Shown piece by piece: positions 52,279 to 64,000 of a stretch of DNA of 64,000 nt. Within the stretch, counting starts at the first letter, position 1, and the number at the start of each line of letters is the position of its first letter. Position numbers and translations under genes: made by a program. Origin of the DNA: Takakia lepidozioides. Taxonomy: Eukaryota > Plantae > Bryophyta. The DNA is taken from contig CM060731.1 in assembly GCA_030704615.1 (NCBI GenBank), positions 44,640,001 through 44,704,000 of the forward strand, given 5' to 3'. The notes under the pieces are model-generated. The model worked only from the letters and a program-made list of their open reading frames with translations. It was not told the origin of the DNA and did not search any database.

Positions 52279-55200
52279 TTACAGAAATTTCCTGGGTGCA
52301 TCTTGTGTTGAGCCAAATCGAGAAGCAAGGCCTTCTGTAAATTTTTTTGGATCCAAATTGACTGCCTGCCGCCCAGCTGTGAGATCCTTTTCCCGATCCC
52401 ATGGCTTCCAAGGATGATTCCCAGCCCACTCCCTCTCATGTCCTGGACCTTCCGGCTTGCCTGCTTTCTTGCTCTTCTTCTTGCTCTCCTTAGAACGCTC
52501 ATGTTTGTGTTTTTCCACAAGAGACTGAGAACGCGTGTGAAGGTTGTATGTGTCCATGAGCTGGGCTTCCTTTTCTGCCCTCTCTTTCTCACGCCCTTCC
52601 AGCTGTACTTCAGCGACACTCGGCCCATTTGTCAGTGCAGCTTGCTTGTAAGCCTCCAGGTACCTGCTCCCAGCCCGCAACTTGTTGGGAATAACACACA
52701 TGGTGCTTCGTTCGGACATTTGGACAGTGAGACAAATTTGAAGAAAAAAGTTTCACCACTTTTCCCAGCTTGCAAGATTAGATTACTCTCAGAAGTTTTT
52801 CATGCTGACATGAAAATGACAAAGATGGCACTTACTGCATTTTGGCTTTCTGAGCCTTGTCTGCCGGCGTATCTGTCCAAATGCTCGTATCTCCTCGTCC
52901 ACTTTTCTCAGTCTTGCTGAAAAAAGTATTGTGCTGTGAAGCTCCGCGTGCCTGCATTCCCCGTCTTATCAAGAGCTGTACATCTCTGCCTAGAGCATAA
53001 AGTCATGGCATTAATAGTTGGCACAGTCCTCCTGGTGCCGGTGGTGGGGTATTAATGCACCAGGGTATGAAACTTGGGACCAAATTGCCATACCAGTGCC
53101 CCTAGACAACTACTATCAGGTCACTGAAAGAGAGGATGCTGCTGATTTCAGCACTGCAGCTCTTCACAAAGATATAAATAAAATGTGACATGGGAGGTAA
53201 GTGAAGGGTGATGACCTGTCTCTCCGGGGGAAGCACAGTCATCCATTCATCTCGAGAGGGCTCTTGAGGCCCTCCACTGAGCAGTTCATCGTCACCAGGC
53301 TCTGGTTCTCCTGTCCACCAACCTTCTGTTAAGTTCAAAGCATACTATTTCCTAGAAGAGAGAACCCTGCACCACAGCTATAAACAAGGTTGCAAAGTAC
53401 TACCAAAGGTCACATAGAACTTTTCATACACATAGGGGTCGCAGCTGAGATGAGTACCTCGAACGCGCCGCCATTGAGCAGCCTCACGCTGAGCTCTGAA
53501 CTCCGCCTACACGTCCCCCAATATCCCTATCATTCTTACTCCTGATGCTCAACCCACAACCCCTAGCAGTGTCAACCACAAAGCAAGCCATATTGCCAAC
53601 TCTACTTTTGCTATTTTTCAAAGGAGGGGGAGTGCAGCAATGTGGGCGCATTACCTCTGCTTCTTCCCGGCGCTGTTGCTCAGAAACCTTGCGGTCAATC
53701 TCAGCTCGCTGCAATAGCATCACCACACACAAATGTTGGCAGCAATTCATCTTCATTCTCCTCTTCAGCTGTCTACTTTTGTGGAACATCGGTTCAACTG
53801 AAAGAATATTGGAACCTTAAGGGTCCATGCATACTTTTTTGCAGAACTCCAGTCTTAGTAGTTCCATATTCCAAGGTAAGCCACACTCATTAAAATTTTG
53901 TTTTCCTGCCAACCTTCATTCAAGCATAGTGACAGATGTTCTTCATGTCATCACCAAAACAATAACTAACATGTGCAGATTCACCACAAGATAACCTTCA
54001 GAGGGTCTTGAAGCTCTTTGAATGCTTGATTGAGTGCCATAAAAGCCTGTTGTGCTTGTGGATGTGAACACTTGTCAGGATGAACTAGCAGTGATAGCTT
54101 CCAGTACCTGATCATCCAGGCCATTGCTTCGGTGACTAGGTGAAAATATCACAAACATGCCAATTAACAATAAATTGCCACTGAACGTCAGCTGTATCAG
54201 CTGAATTATCAGCTGTATCAAACAGGGAGAACTGCACAAATTTGAATCAAAGCATGATCACAGTTAAGTAAAGATGACGGACTACTGTCTAGATACCTAG
54301 ATGAGCAGCAGGCAGGGGAAAACTAACCTCTTCTTGAGGATGGAGGGCGACACATCCGGCTTCACCCCCAGCAGCTCATACGCATTCCCCACATCAGGTG
54401 CTACCATTCTAGTCACCTGCCCAGCAATCCCACACTACTACTCTCAGTCACTCTGTCATGGTTCCTTACCCTAAAACACTCTAATAGAGAAAAGAGAACC
54501 ACAACCAGCACTATAAACACAATATACCTCTTCAAATCGTTCTGCATCGTTGGCAGACTCCACCTCGGCCACCAGCGTCGGAGGAGGAGGCCCTACAAGT
54601 GGGTCATTCTCTAGTTCCTCTTCGGCTTCCCTGTTACACCATATCACACCTTCCAGTCAACACATCTGCAGCTCTGAATTAATACTAGGGTGCTTTAAAG
54701 GAAAGATATGAACATCAGTATACAGAAGTTGGTAAAGAAGATTTGAAAAGAGCACAACCACACCTGAGAGCTGATTCAGCCTCTGTGAGCCTTGCGGCAG
54801 CAGCCAGCATGTCTGCAGATGGCATGGCTGGACCTATGACCCTGCCATGCACAAGACGTTACAGTACTATTGAGCAACCAAATTGCCAGTATAGTGTCAC
54901 TCTAATAATAACCTTACCTCATCCGTGAGCCTTCATGTTGAAAGTCCACGATGAAAACACTTCAAAGGAATTTTTTAGTTATTGCCTAAGCAAGTAATTC
55001 AAGAATCAGCACACATTTGATGGACCCTAATGTTACAAAAGCATGACAAGCCATTCATTCAACCTGAGAAAGCAAGAGTGTGTAAAACCAATCTACTAGT
55101 CCAGTTTTGGAAGGTGGAGGAGAGGAGAAACAAAACAATAATATCACAACAACTCTCCCATATTTGCTGAACTCATTGCCCCACCTGCGCTTTGACACTG

Positions 55201-56238
55201 TAGTTGCTGTCTCTGCATGACGAGCTGGACCAACACTTGGAGTTGGAGGCAGTGGGGTCTCCCTCTCTGCTGTTGTGACAGCATGACCATTCACATCATT
55301 GCCTGTCAGAGCATATGAGGGGTTTTGTAGAAAAAAGGGGGCAAGGATTTCTGAAGTGAGTTGTGCTCCACTAGGGAGTAAGTAAACGTCCCGTTGGGGA
55401 GAAGACAGATGTAAGGACTGGAACAATTTTCTAAGATGAGTGACCAATGCCTTGTTTGGTAAGCCGCTGACATCCACAGCTTGCCCACTATCCACCATCT
55501 CCAGCAGCTGCAATCCAGTCCAGTTTTCACACTCTTAAAGCATTTCATCCGCAAGACCACCTTTCTTCACAAAACGTTACATGTTTCCCAATGTATATAT
55601 TTGAAATTTGGTATATATTATTTGGTCTAGACTGCTAGGTCCCGAGAGAGAGGAGAGAAGAAATATCTTTCGTCCTAGAGAGTGCGAGACAGAACCCAAA
55701 CATGCTTAGGGTGGACTGGAAGTACCTGTTTGAGATCATTTGCAACTTCCGGAAATGTTGCTACAATATCGGCAGCGATAACTTCAGGCTTACGGATCCC
55801 TTCACTCTCAGAATCTGAAAGATGGTCTTCGGAGTCAGAAGAAATGGCTCTATGCTTTCCACCGCTCTCTTTCCGCCTTCGTCTTTTTGACTCCCTCTTC
55901 TCTTTCCGATCCCGCTTACGGTCTCTCTTTTCTCGTGATGCTTTGGATGAACGTCTCCCTCGGCGATTACCTTCACTGGAGTCGCTACTTGTGTGGCTGC
56001 TCCCCCTCACTTTCTTCTCTGATTTTCTGTGGCTATGCTCTCCAGCCTGCTTCCTTCCTTCCTCTCTCGATTTCCCATCTTCGCTTCCGCTCTTCTTTTT
56101 TAGTCTATCCCTTTTGCGTCTCCCTCCATCTTCAGATACCTCTTGCTCATCTTTCTTCTTGCGCTTATGCGGTCTTTCCGCACGACTAAACTGAGCTACA
56201 GATTCCAAAGCATCCACCAATGTTCCTGTGCGAGACAT
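52279..56238 (-). CDS. DnaJ-domain protein with GPALPP1/DUF3752-type C-terminus, multi-exon
   Basis: K/R/S-rich N-terminus, FPEVANDLKQLLEMVDSGQAVD, GPAMPSA, GPPPP, J-domain YELLG...YWKLSLLVHPDKCSHP, RDEWMTVLPPER, WKPWDREKDL. Confidence 0.88.
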
Positions 56239-56970
56239 CTCTTTCTCTTCCAGATGCAAGAGCAGAGCTAACTAACTCCTTCCATAATCTGGCCTTGTCC
56301 TTGCCCACTTGCCCCTCTCCCCTGCATCCCTGATCGTTCAGTTAGGAAAACAAGCTGAAAGAATGAAAGTCGATCACCTAAATCACAAAACTTCCAAAGA
56401 TCCAAAACAGATCAGCAACTGCAGCTCTTGTAAAAGCGGATACTATAAATTCATTGAGGTAGGCAAGGATTGTGAAAAGAATTTCTTCAATTAGGTCTTG
56501 ATAGCTTGTCAGAGAATGACTCAAGGTCGGGCGAGTGGGGGAAGCGAACAACAAACATGTATAACGCCTGCTAGTATCATATCTTGGTATTACCAAGCGA
56601 GCAGCAGTATTTACACCACGAGAGTTGTGAGACTAGGTTTACAGTGACAAACTAATGGTTTGCGAAGGATACCGCTATGCTTTTTGTGGTAAGTTCTTCT
56701 CTGCATCCCATGTCCTTCTGTGAGATGCCTTGGATGTATCCAGACCCTAATCTATGCCTTGGAAACAGATACTTTCAGTGGTTGTTACCTGCATAGCGAA
56801 ATTGGAGGACTCGCAGGGGTTCCATCGCGCTCGAATTACATAATGCGAGTTTGTGAATAAGATGTTGTACGCGGGATGTTATTCCAATGAGGAAAACAAA
56901 GCAGCCTGTACCAAGCGCCTCTGCACGGCTGTGTCTTGTGTAGTTAGCAGACAGGTGACGATTCAGTCTC

Positions 56971-59103
56971 ATGGAAGGGGAACCAATGCAAGCAGCGGGA
57001 AGTGCCAACGAATCTAGATTAATGAGCAGTGGAAGAGGTCAAAGTGTTTATGTAACAGTTGGACCCCGGGTGGGAAGCAAGGTGCTGGTACTGTTGATAA
57101 AGGAGCTGGTATGCTACGTGCTTTACATGCATCAGCAGATTCCATGGTCCCTTTCCTACCCTATTCTCAACTTCCTCTTGCATTGATGTGTGATGGAACT
57201 TTGGAAACTTTGATGCCGATACAACTTCCTATCCAGCGTCTTGTTTTTCGGTGTGGGAGATTGCTTGGTCCAAAATCTTCTCAATGTGTGTTAAGATCGC
57301 TGAAGTTATGCACATGTTTGGCACTGATACCTTGTCTTTGTCTGCCTCGCGATGCATGTTGGCCGCCTGCAATCTGTAGCATTTACGGTCAACTTCAACG
57401 CGACTCTGGATCCCTTGTATGACTACTACTTCCCTTCCTTTCACTCTTGTGCACCCTCTCCTTGTGTAATGGGATCAAACAAACCTGGTGCCTCACCTCA
57501 AATATATTATGCTTCACTTAATCCTACGCACGTTAGATGGACTAAACGTGCCAATTGGCAAGTCAGCTTTAATGTCCTAATGGAGGTGCATTTTTGCAGG
57601 TTGTCTCTGGGGTAGAGGAAAAACCTTGTCGTAGAGCAAAGCGACAGAGGGCTAGAGAGACAAAGAAGCTGCAGGAAGTGAAGGATTTGGTGGACAAGCT
57701 GTTGGCAGCTGTCGAAGCTGCAGTGGAAGAATTGTATCCGAGTCCGTACGTCATCCTGCTTCTGCTTGGTCCCAGTGCAGTGCATCCCCAAGAGGTCTAC
57801 AAGCTCCACATTCCCCACTTCAGTGGAGAAGTTGGCCTGTCAGAAACTCCACAACAGAATCATGATAATCTCTCTCGAAAGGTATCATTTGCCCTGCAGA
57901 CCATGTCAATGAACTTGACTTGAAGGTCACACTAATTGGTCTAGCTGGCCCGTATTTTTCTTCCAAGGCTAAATTTGATTTTGGCTCTTCTAGAATGAAG
58001 TTAAACCACACACTGCAGTTGCAGACTCTACTTCGAATTTTGTATGACAAGGAGGTTATATGATGCAGCTGGTGCGAGCTCTCATTGCGAATGGTGCAAG
58101 TGGCTCGTCAGTGGGTGAGTGGATTGTCAAACCTGCATTCGAGTCCCAGCATATTTGCATGGATACATGTCTCTTTTCCAGAGAGGAGGATCTGAGGCAG
58201 GAAGTGTAACAAGATGCACGCAAGGCTTATGGTTGTAATGGAAGACCTTGCCCCCACATTTTTATATCTCCCACGGTCGCAACACAACGTAGCAAGCCCA
58301 CTTGTATTTCTACAGGACCGACCAAGCTGTTTTTACTGATTCAAGCCCCTGCCACTAGCAATCTTCCACCAGAGTTCCTGCCAAAGCGAGGCTTCACATG
58401 GAAAAGTAAAAAGGTAGTCAATCGGTCAGGGAGACACGTTATTTTGTTGACATGTTATTCTATTTCTAGTGCTTCAGCATGTCAAGTAATGGCATAGTGT
58501 GGACTTGCAAAGGAAGGGCAATATTTATTGTTGCTTTAATTCTCTTTCAGTGCTTGATAAGGACTTAGGGAATGCTCTAATCTGGCTGAGCAAGACTTCA
58601 ACTGGTGGTTTTCTATGCTGTTATGTATGCTTCCCTGTTATTGTATCTTATCAAACCCGTTTTTGCTATTTTCCTTGTGCATTGCAGGTTGAGCCCATTT
58701 CAGTTCATTTGGTTACAACTATGCTGACTGACAGTGACACTGAAGAAAACACCTCTAATGCTGCTGCTGATTTGATATGGTGGGGCCACCTCACCTGTCT
58801 GAGAGGGCTGCTGCTGTAGCTCTCTGTACTGCCTTTTTCACTGCCCAGCTCCCACACTTATAATAGTTTTCACCAAAGAAATCCTCTTCTATCTCCATTT
58901 CTGTTTGTCTTGGGGTTGCTAGAACGGGTTTTTGGAAATCCGTTGTCTTGAACGTCTCAAGTCTATCACCTGCACCAATGCAGGCCCGAGGTATCAGTAG
59001 CTTCTGTCTAATTGGTACTTCTTGATTCTGTCTCGCTTTATGCAGGTTTCAATGCCGTATTGCTGTGAAGGGCTGGGCATCTCCAGTCACCGGGGTGGAC
59101 TAA
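56971..59103 (+). CDS. COMET: p31comet / MAD2L1-binding protein, 262 aa. Exons 56971-57146, 57380-57416, 57600-57881, 58069-58114, 58316-58413, 58688-58779, 59046-59103
   Basis: VLYMHQQIP, LLGPSAVHPQEVY, LSRKLVRALI, GPTKLFLLIQAP, FLPKR.F, DLIWFQCR..VKG. Exon phases consistent. Confidence 0.88.
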
Positions 59104-59804
59104 CTGCAGAAGCATTTGGCTACACTTTTGTGGGAAAAACTAGTGCTATAGTGGGTTAGAGGGTTTAAGGTTTAGACCAGGAGATCTGGCTAATCTTTGT
59201 GGGTTTCGGTGGGTGATGCTAGTCGTGGATTGCAGGCAAATATTAGGTGGGGAGTATTTCGCTTGATAAGGTTCGTTTACTGAGGAGGCAGATCAGATCC
59301 TACAATTCGGCTTTTTATATCAGAAAATGAAGCATAGACCTGCTTAGTGTGCATGCCGTTGTGATGGATCTAATTGATGAGCAGCAGAGATTCCTGGGAG
59401 AAAGCACCAACGTTTCCTTAGAAAAAGAGACATGTACAGTTGTGTCAGAGCCCCCTGAGAAACCCACTGAGAAACAGGTGTGTTTAGATGGGGTACCTGT
59501 CTCCATCATTAAGGTTAATCCTAGGCCTAACAAGGAGCTGGATAAAGCCATTTTGGTCAGAAGTGAAGTTCAAGGAGGTGGAACGACAGACAGCTGAGGT
59601 TAGCATTTAGTGTAGCATTGTTCCTGGGAGCTCTGGACAACCTACCCTAGTAAGCTTGCAGTTTATTTCTACCCGTTGTGTATTATTCCCTGATATTAAT
59701 CTTTGCATGGAGTAAGTAAATAGTTTGTTGTAATTTCCCACCCCCCATCTCTCACCATGCTTTTGCCCAAGCAAGCTGCTAAATGCATCTCGTATCTGGT
59801 GGGT

Positions 59805-59968
59805 AGACAATTCCTACCATGCTAAGTCTCTAGAATCCACTGAGGTTGCGTGTTGTAAGAGAGTATGCCAGCTTGCTCCAGAACAGCTAGTATGAATGGG
59901 GAGGAGTTTGAAATACCTCCTTTAAGCTCTCAATGTGATGAGGCGTAGGTCAGATTGAGGGGTCACTT
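59805..59968 (+). mobile_element. Old degenerate fragment of the RTE/RTEX-like LINE
   Basis: gctaagtctctagaatcca...ttaagctc...ggtcaga..ggggtca aligns with about 48303-48451. Confidence 0.7.
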
Positions 59969-60049
59969 AGCTCTCAAGGCTTGATCTTGCTAGATGAAGC
60001 TAACTTGGAGACTGACTCCTCCCCTCCCATGTCTGCCTCAGAGTGAAAC

Positions 60050-60540
60050 AGTGAGATTTTTGGACCTTTTGTTTCGCTGACCCTACCAGGTCGGATCTCC
60101 TCCCATGCACAGCCTCATCACAGGGAGAGGAGCGAGATTACCGGGAATGTTACCACACAAACACATTCCTCCCTTTGGCGTCGAGATTTTCAGTTGTTTG
60201 CAATATCAGTTCAACGACTTCCTTCGCATATGTGCCCACCGTGCAACAAAGAACAAAAGAGTTGGAAGCCCAAACGCCTCTGTCCTTGTAGCCTTCTTTA
60301 GACAATGAGTTTCTGTTGCTTTACAAAAGGCTCAAGCTATTTTGTGTCGGGCAGAGGTTGCCGGGGCGGCTTCATCTCACCTCCCGGCAGGTCCTTCTTC
60401 AGGCCGTATGTGATACTAGAATAGTTTGGTTTCTCTTTGTTAATATATCTAGCTTCCAGAGATATGTTTCGCTCACTCTACCACATACTTATAACATGAT
60501 AGATGGTTTCAACAAGTCCATTCTTTCCATAAGAATAAAC
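60050..60540 (+). mobile_element. 3' fragment of a CRE-like (RLE endonuclease) non-LTR retrotransposon
   Basis: FADPTRSDL...ERDY...F.PFGVEIFSCL..QFNDFL...FFRQ*VSVALQKAQA is typical of CRE-type C-termini. Confidence 0.65.
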
Positions 60541-61544
60541 TTAGTCACAGTCTACAAAAGGCCCGGGATTTTAATGTGGACTTGCCACGCACTCCTCGGA
60601 CAAATTCCTAGGGCTCAAGATAAAGAAAATAGTTGAAAACCTGAGTGCATCAGGTAGTAATGCGAAAGAAAGGGCAAAGCCAGAATGCTAGAGAAAGAGA
60701 AGAGATTGGGTATCTAGTATGTACACAACCTTCTGGCCTTGCTAGTATATGAGATTTGGCACTACCCTTATGTGGCCCCAAGGTGTGGATAGTTGGTGAG
60801 CTCATATCAAAAGTTCTTGCAACGACTGAAGGATAGAGATACCAACAGTCAGTTGCTGTTGGATAGTGCACTAAAGTGCCACATAGATGATTCTGCAGTC
60901 AAATCCTACTACCTTGATGCATGTGGTATGTTCGGTGTCCCTTACGAAAGCTTCTTTTTTCTTTTTGTTTCTCTTTTTAATAGAAAAAAAAACTTGGGAG
61001 TGACAACCACAATTAGCGAAAGCCTTCACTTACTGTAAAAGAGGTTATTTGTTATTTTCTCTAATTAAGGGGCCTGATTTGTGAGGCGTCTCTCCAAGGT
61101 GTTTAAAACAAGGTGACATACACGCTGGCCCTGTCATCTACATACGTAAGACATAAATTTGGAATTCATATATTAGGATAAATTGATGTTTTTCAATTGT
61201 TGGTAAAAGAATACGTATAATTGTTATAATGGTCAAAAATCTAGCAACAATGCTATAGCTATAATGTTGCATCCGATTAATTTTTTGTTGGATGAATAAA
61301 ACGATTAACATGGCCAGAAGATTGGCTGTAGTTCAAAAGAAAAGCCATGGAATCAAAGAGGGAATCTCCGGCAACAAACGGACAGTCATGTTGTCGAACC
61401 AATCCTTCTTTTAACGACTCTGTATCAATGTCCCTCTCCTGGTGTTTGGCATATCTAAATGTGACGAACAAGAATGATGGAATATCAACGTGCAGTATCT
61501 GTACGGATTTCAAATGCCCAATATTTTTTTCCTCAATACAGCAC

Positions 61545-61672
61545 TCAATTCCAACACCAATATGTACAACACTGAATACTTTTGCACCGATATTGGCACT
61601 TAGGCCATTTCAATTCCAACACCAATATATACAACACTGAATACTTTTGCACCGATATTTGGCACTTAGGCC
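61545..61672. repeat. Tandem direct duplication, about 65-bp period x2
   Basis: tcaattccaacaccaatat.tacaacactgaatacttttgcaccgatattggcacttaggcc repeated. Confidence 0.9.
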
Positions 61673-62176
61673 GAAAATGTCATAACAGAATGTCCAAAAC
61701 CATGACCAGATTTTCGATACAACATTACACTTGAATCTGATCCATATAATATTTACATATATCATGCATCTATGCATGATCAAGTATTAGACTTGAAAAC
61801 AATACTTGGTGCAATATATGTTAGTAGTAGTGAACATGCTTAAACAGCTTTCATATGTACTAGATAGCCTATATATCAAGTAGATATAAGACATAAACAT
61901 ATCTAGCATATGTGCGTGTAAGACCCACAATCTCAAAATAGATCATGTTGTAGTATGTACGTATGTACCACCCTTATGCAGTTCTTATTCAGGTCCGGGA
62001 AGTTCCACTCCATGGTACATCAGTGCCTTCCACCTGGCATTCTCTCTCTCTTTCCCTCCAGCATGCCATTTAAACAATAGGAGAACATATACTGACTAAC
62101 TGAAGAACCTAGCAAACAACCAGGAAGTGTTTGTAGATGAAGGGAGTATGCGTACCCAATGTAGTTTCGTAGATAC

Positions 62177-63408
62177 CAGTGTTGGGAGGGTATATTGATT
62201 TTTTCTACCCTCAGGGTAAGGGTATACATGATTTTGGGGGTCAAACTTATCCTCGGGGTAAGGGTATAATCTATTTTTTGAAAACATTTACCCTCCGGGT
62301 AAGGGTATATATAAATTTTTGGTAAACATTTACCCTCAGGGTAAGGGTATTGGGTGCCACATATACCATGAGGGTAAGGGTAATTGCAGGATAATGGTAC
62401 CATTTTTATATCCGAGGGTAATTATAAAGGGTAGAATTAATTTTTTAAATTTTATTTGTGAATTTTATTAAATACTTATAATAAAGCTTCTTTTTTTTAA
62501 TAAAAGGGACAGAGGCCCTACAAAAACTTTATTGGAGTGGCAAAATGAGAACAGAGAGGAGGAAAAAATAACCTCCTAAGGGACCGTAAAGTCGTAAAGT
62601 CGTATCACATGGGGAACACCCAGCACTGGTAGGGAGTTGGGGGAGGGAGCCGGAGTTAACTAAGAACCAGAACCTCGGTGGGGGGAGGGAATTGCCAGAG
62701 GGCCTAACCAAGACGAAGCATTTCAACTATATAACATCCCCGTTATATAGAATTTAACGGGATATGTCTTTTATTTATATTTTTGTTTATTTTTTATGTG
62801 GCTTACGAATAGCAAAATTTTAGCCCTCATTTATGCTCCTCTAATGGCCCTAAAATATAATAACAAAACAACACATTTGATCATAATGAGGTCGCTCTGC
62901 ACCATAGATAAGAGAATGGCGGGTACTGAGGAAAGAGAGAGTGGCAGTGGCGGGGACCGCCACTAGCACCCGCCACTAGCACACGCTTTTTCCAAGGAGA
63001 GAGTGGCAAGGACAGGTCTTGGAGCACGAGCTGCGAAGAGGAAGACCAACGAAGGGGGAAATAAAATAAAATAAAAATGCTAGTGTTTGCCCTCTCTACT
63101 AGCAAATACCACACCTAAACCTAAACCCCTAGTAATCAAATTATTATACCCTTCGCTATTACCCGGCCATTGAACAGATGTACCCTCATGGTAAGGGTAT
63201 CCTTCGAAATTTCAAACCCCTTGGTATAACAAAAATAATTACCCCTGACAAGGGTAGGGTAAGGGTATTTTGGAATTTCCAGGGTAGGGTATATCCATAT
63301 ACCCTTATTGGATTTTACCCTCAGGGTATAATGGCAGATAAAGATAAAGATAAAGATTCTTTAATGTCCAGTGAAAAAGGGCAGAAAAAATGTATCCTCC
63401 CAACACTG
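62177..63408. mobile_element. Non-autonomous hAT DNA transposon (1232 bp)
   Basis: TIR CAGTGTTGGGAGG / CCTCCCAACACTG, perfect 8-bp TSD GTAGATAC (62169-62176 and 63409-63416), many TACCC..GGGTAAGGGTAT subterminal repeats. Confidence 0.95.
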
Positions 63409-63679
63409 GTAGATACGTCAGTGTCGAGAAATAAATTGCCAACATATGCTTGAATCTCCACTCTCTAATGTGTGGCTATTTTGTTGACTAGCACCTCCAC
63501 GTATTACTTCCAATCATTAGAAAAAACCAAAATGTAAACTCTCTTTCTGTGCCCCTCTCTGGCATATATATATATATGACGCCAACCGAAGCTAGCGTAA
63601 ATAAGAGCCTCTTCCCCTTGCGGGTACTGCCCCCTTTCAGGGGTGGGCTCTATCCGAACTGTAACCTGTTTCACAGTGG

Positions 63680-64000
63680 CTAGCTGGCCACTTTCAATCT
63701 TACGTTTATTGAGGATTAGGGATGTGAGTGATGAAATAGTCGTGAAATGCAAGGCTCGTAGTAGAGGTGTAGTGTATTTGGGTGGTAGGTTAAGATTATC
63801 TTTTAAACCTTGGATATTATGGGTATGAGCACCGCCCCTGACACCTGCAGTGATGACGGTCAGAGGTGCCGTGTTCCAGCCTCTGTGACGGAGGGCATGT
63901 ATGATTGGGTCATATTTTTCATGTTTGTACATAATTGATTGACCTGGATTTCGATCCATTATAACAGATGAGCGTTTTTATGACTTCACATATAACTATT
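63680..64000 (-). mobile_element. C-terminal RLE-domain fragment of a Dualen/RandI-like non-LTR retrotransposon
   Basis: KHEKYDPII.AL...GW...PL.VITAGVRG..H......LH...I..L..L.LNKRK.E. Confidence 0.55.

Noticed and set aside
59150-59176. Telomere-like gggttag/gggttta motifs
   Set aside because: Too short and degenerate for an interstitial telomere array
60646-60921. Short imperfect inverted repeat tgcatcaggtagta / tactaccttgatgca as a MITE
   Set aside because: Only 14 bp with an indel and no TSD

Overview
Eukaryotic nuclear DNA from a land plant. The PLS-PPR style and the CRE- and Dualen-like retroelements suggest a non-seed lineage, but the species cannot be determined here. Eight apparently intact genes were assembled by hand from splice sites: PHO1-type SPX-EXS phosphate exporter (14 coding exons, minus), an N-acylated EUL lectin-domain gene, an intronless F-box gene, thylakoid protease DEG8, a PLS-PPR-E-DYW C-to-U editing factor, HGPRT, a DnaJ/GPALPP1-type gene and p31comet. 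Between them lie pseudogenes and gene fragments (F-box, rpl20, RPS19, a possible UBC37 exon, a GSNOR/ADH3 retrocopy, OSB PDF motifs) and many mobile elements. The main observations are: (1) the DYW editing factor splices in frame to an upstream exon that is a frameshifted relic of mitochondrial ribosomal protein L20, a possible newly recruited targeting presequence, inside a mosaic of gene fragments; (2) an RTE/RTEX-like LINE family inserts at TC-rich sites, and one locus has two head-to-tail 3' ends inside a single 15-bp TSD, consistent with RT template jumping; (3) about 9 copies of a short hairpin-bearing, (CATTT)n-tailed retro-element cluster in one orientation in PHO1 introns. All homology calls come from motif recognition, not database searches.
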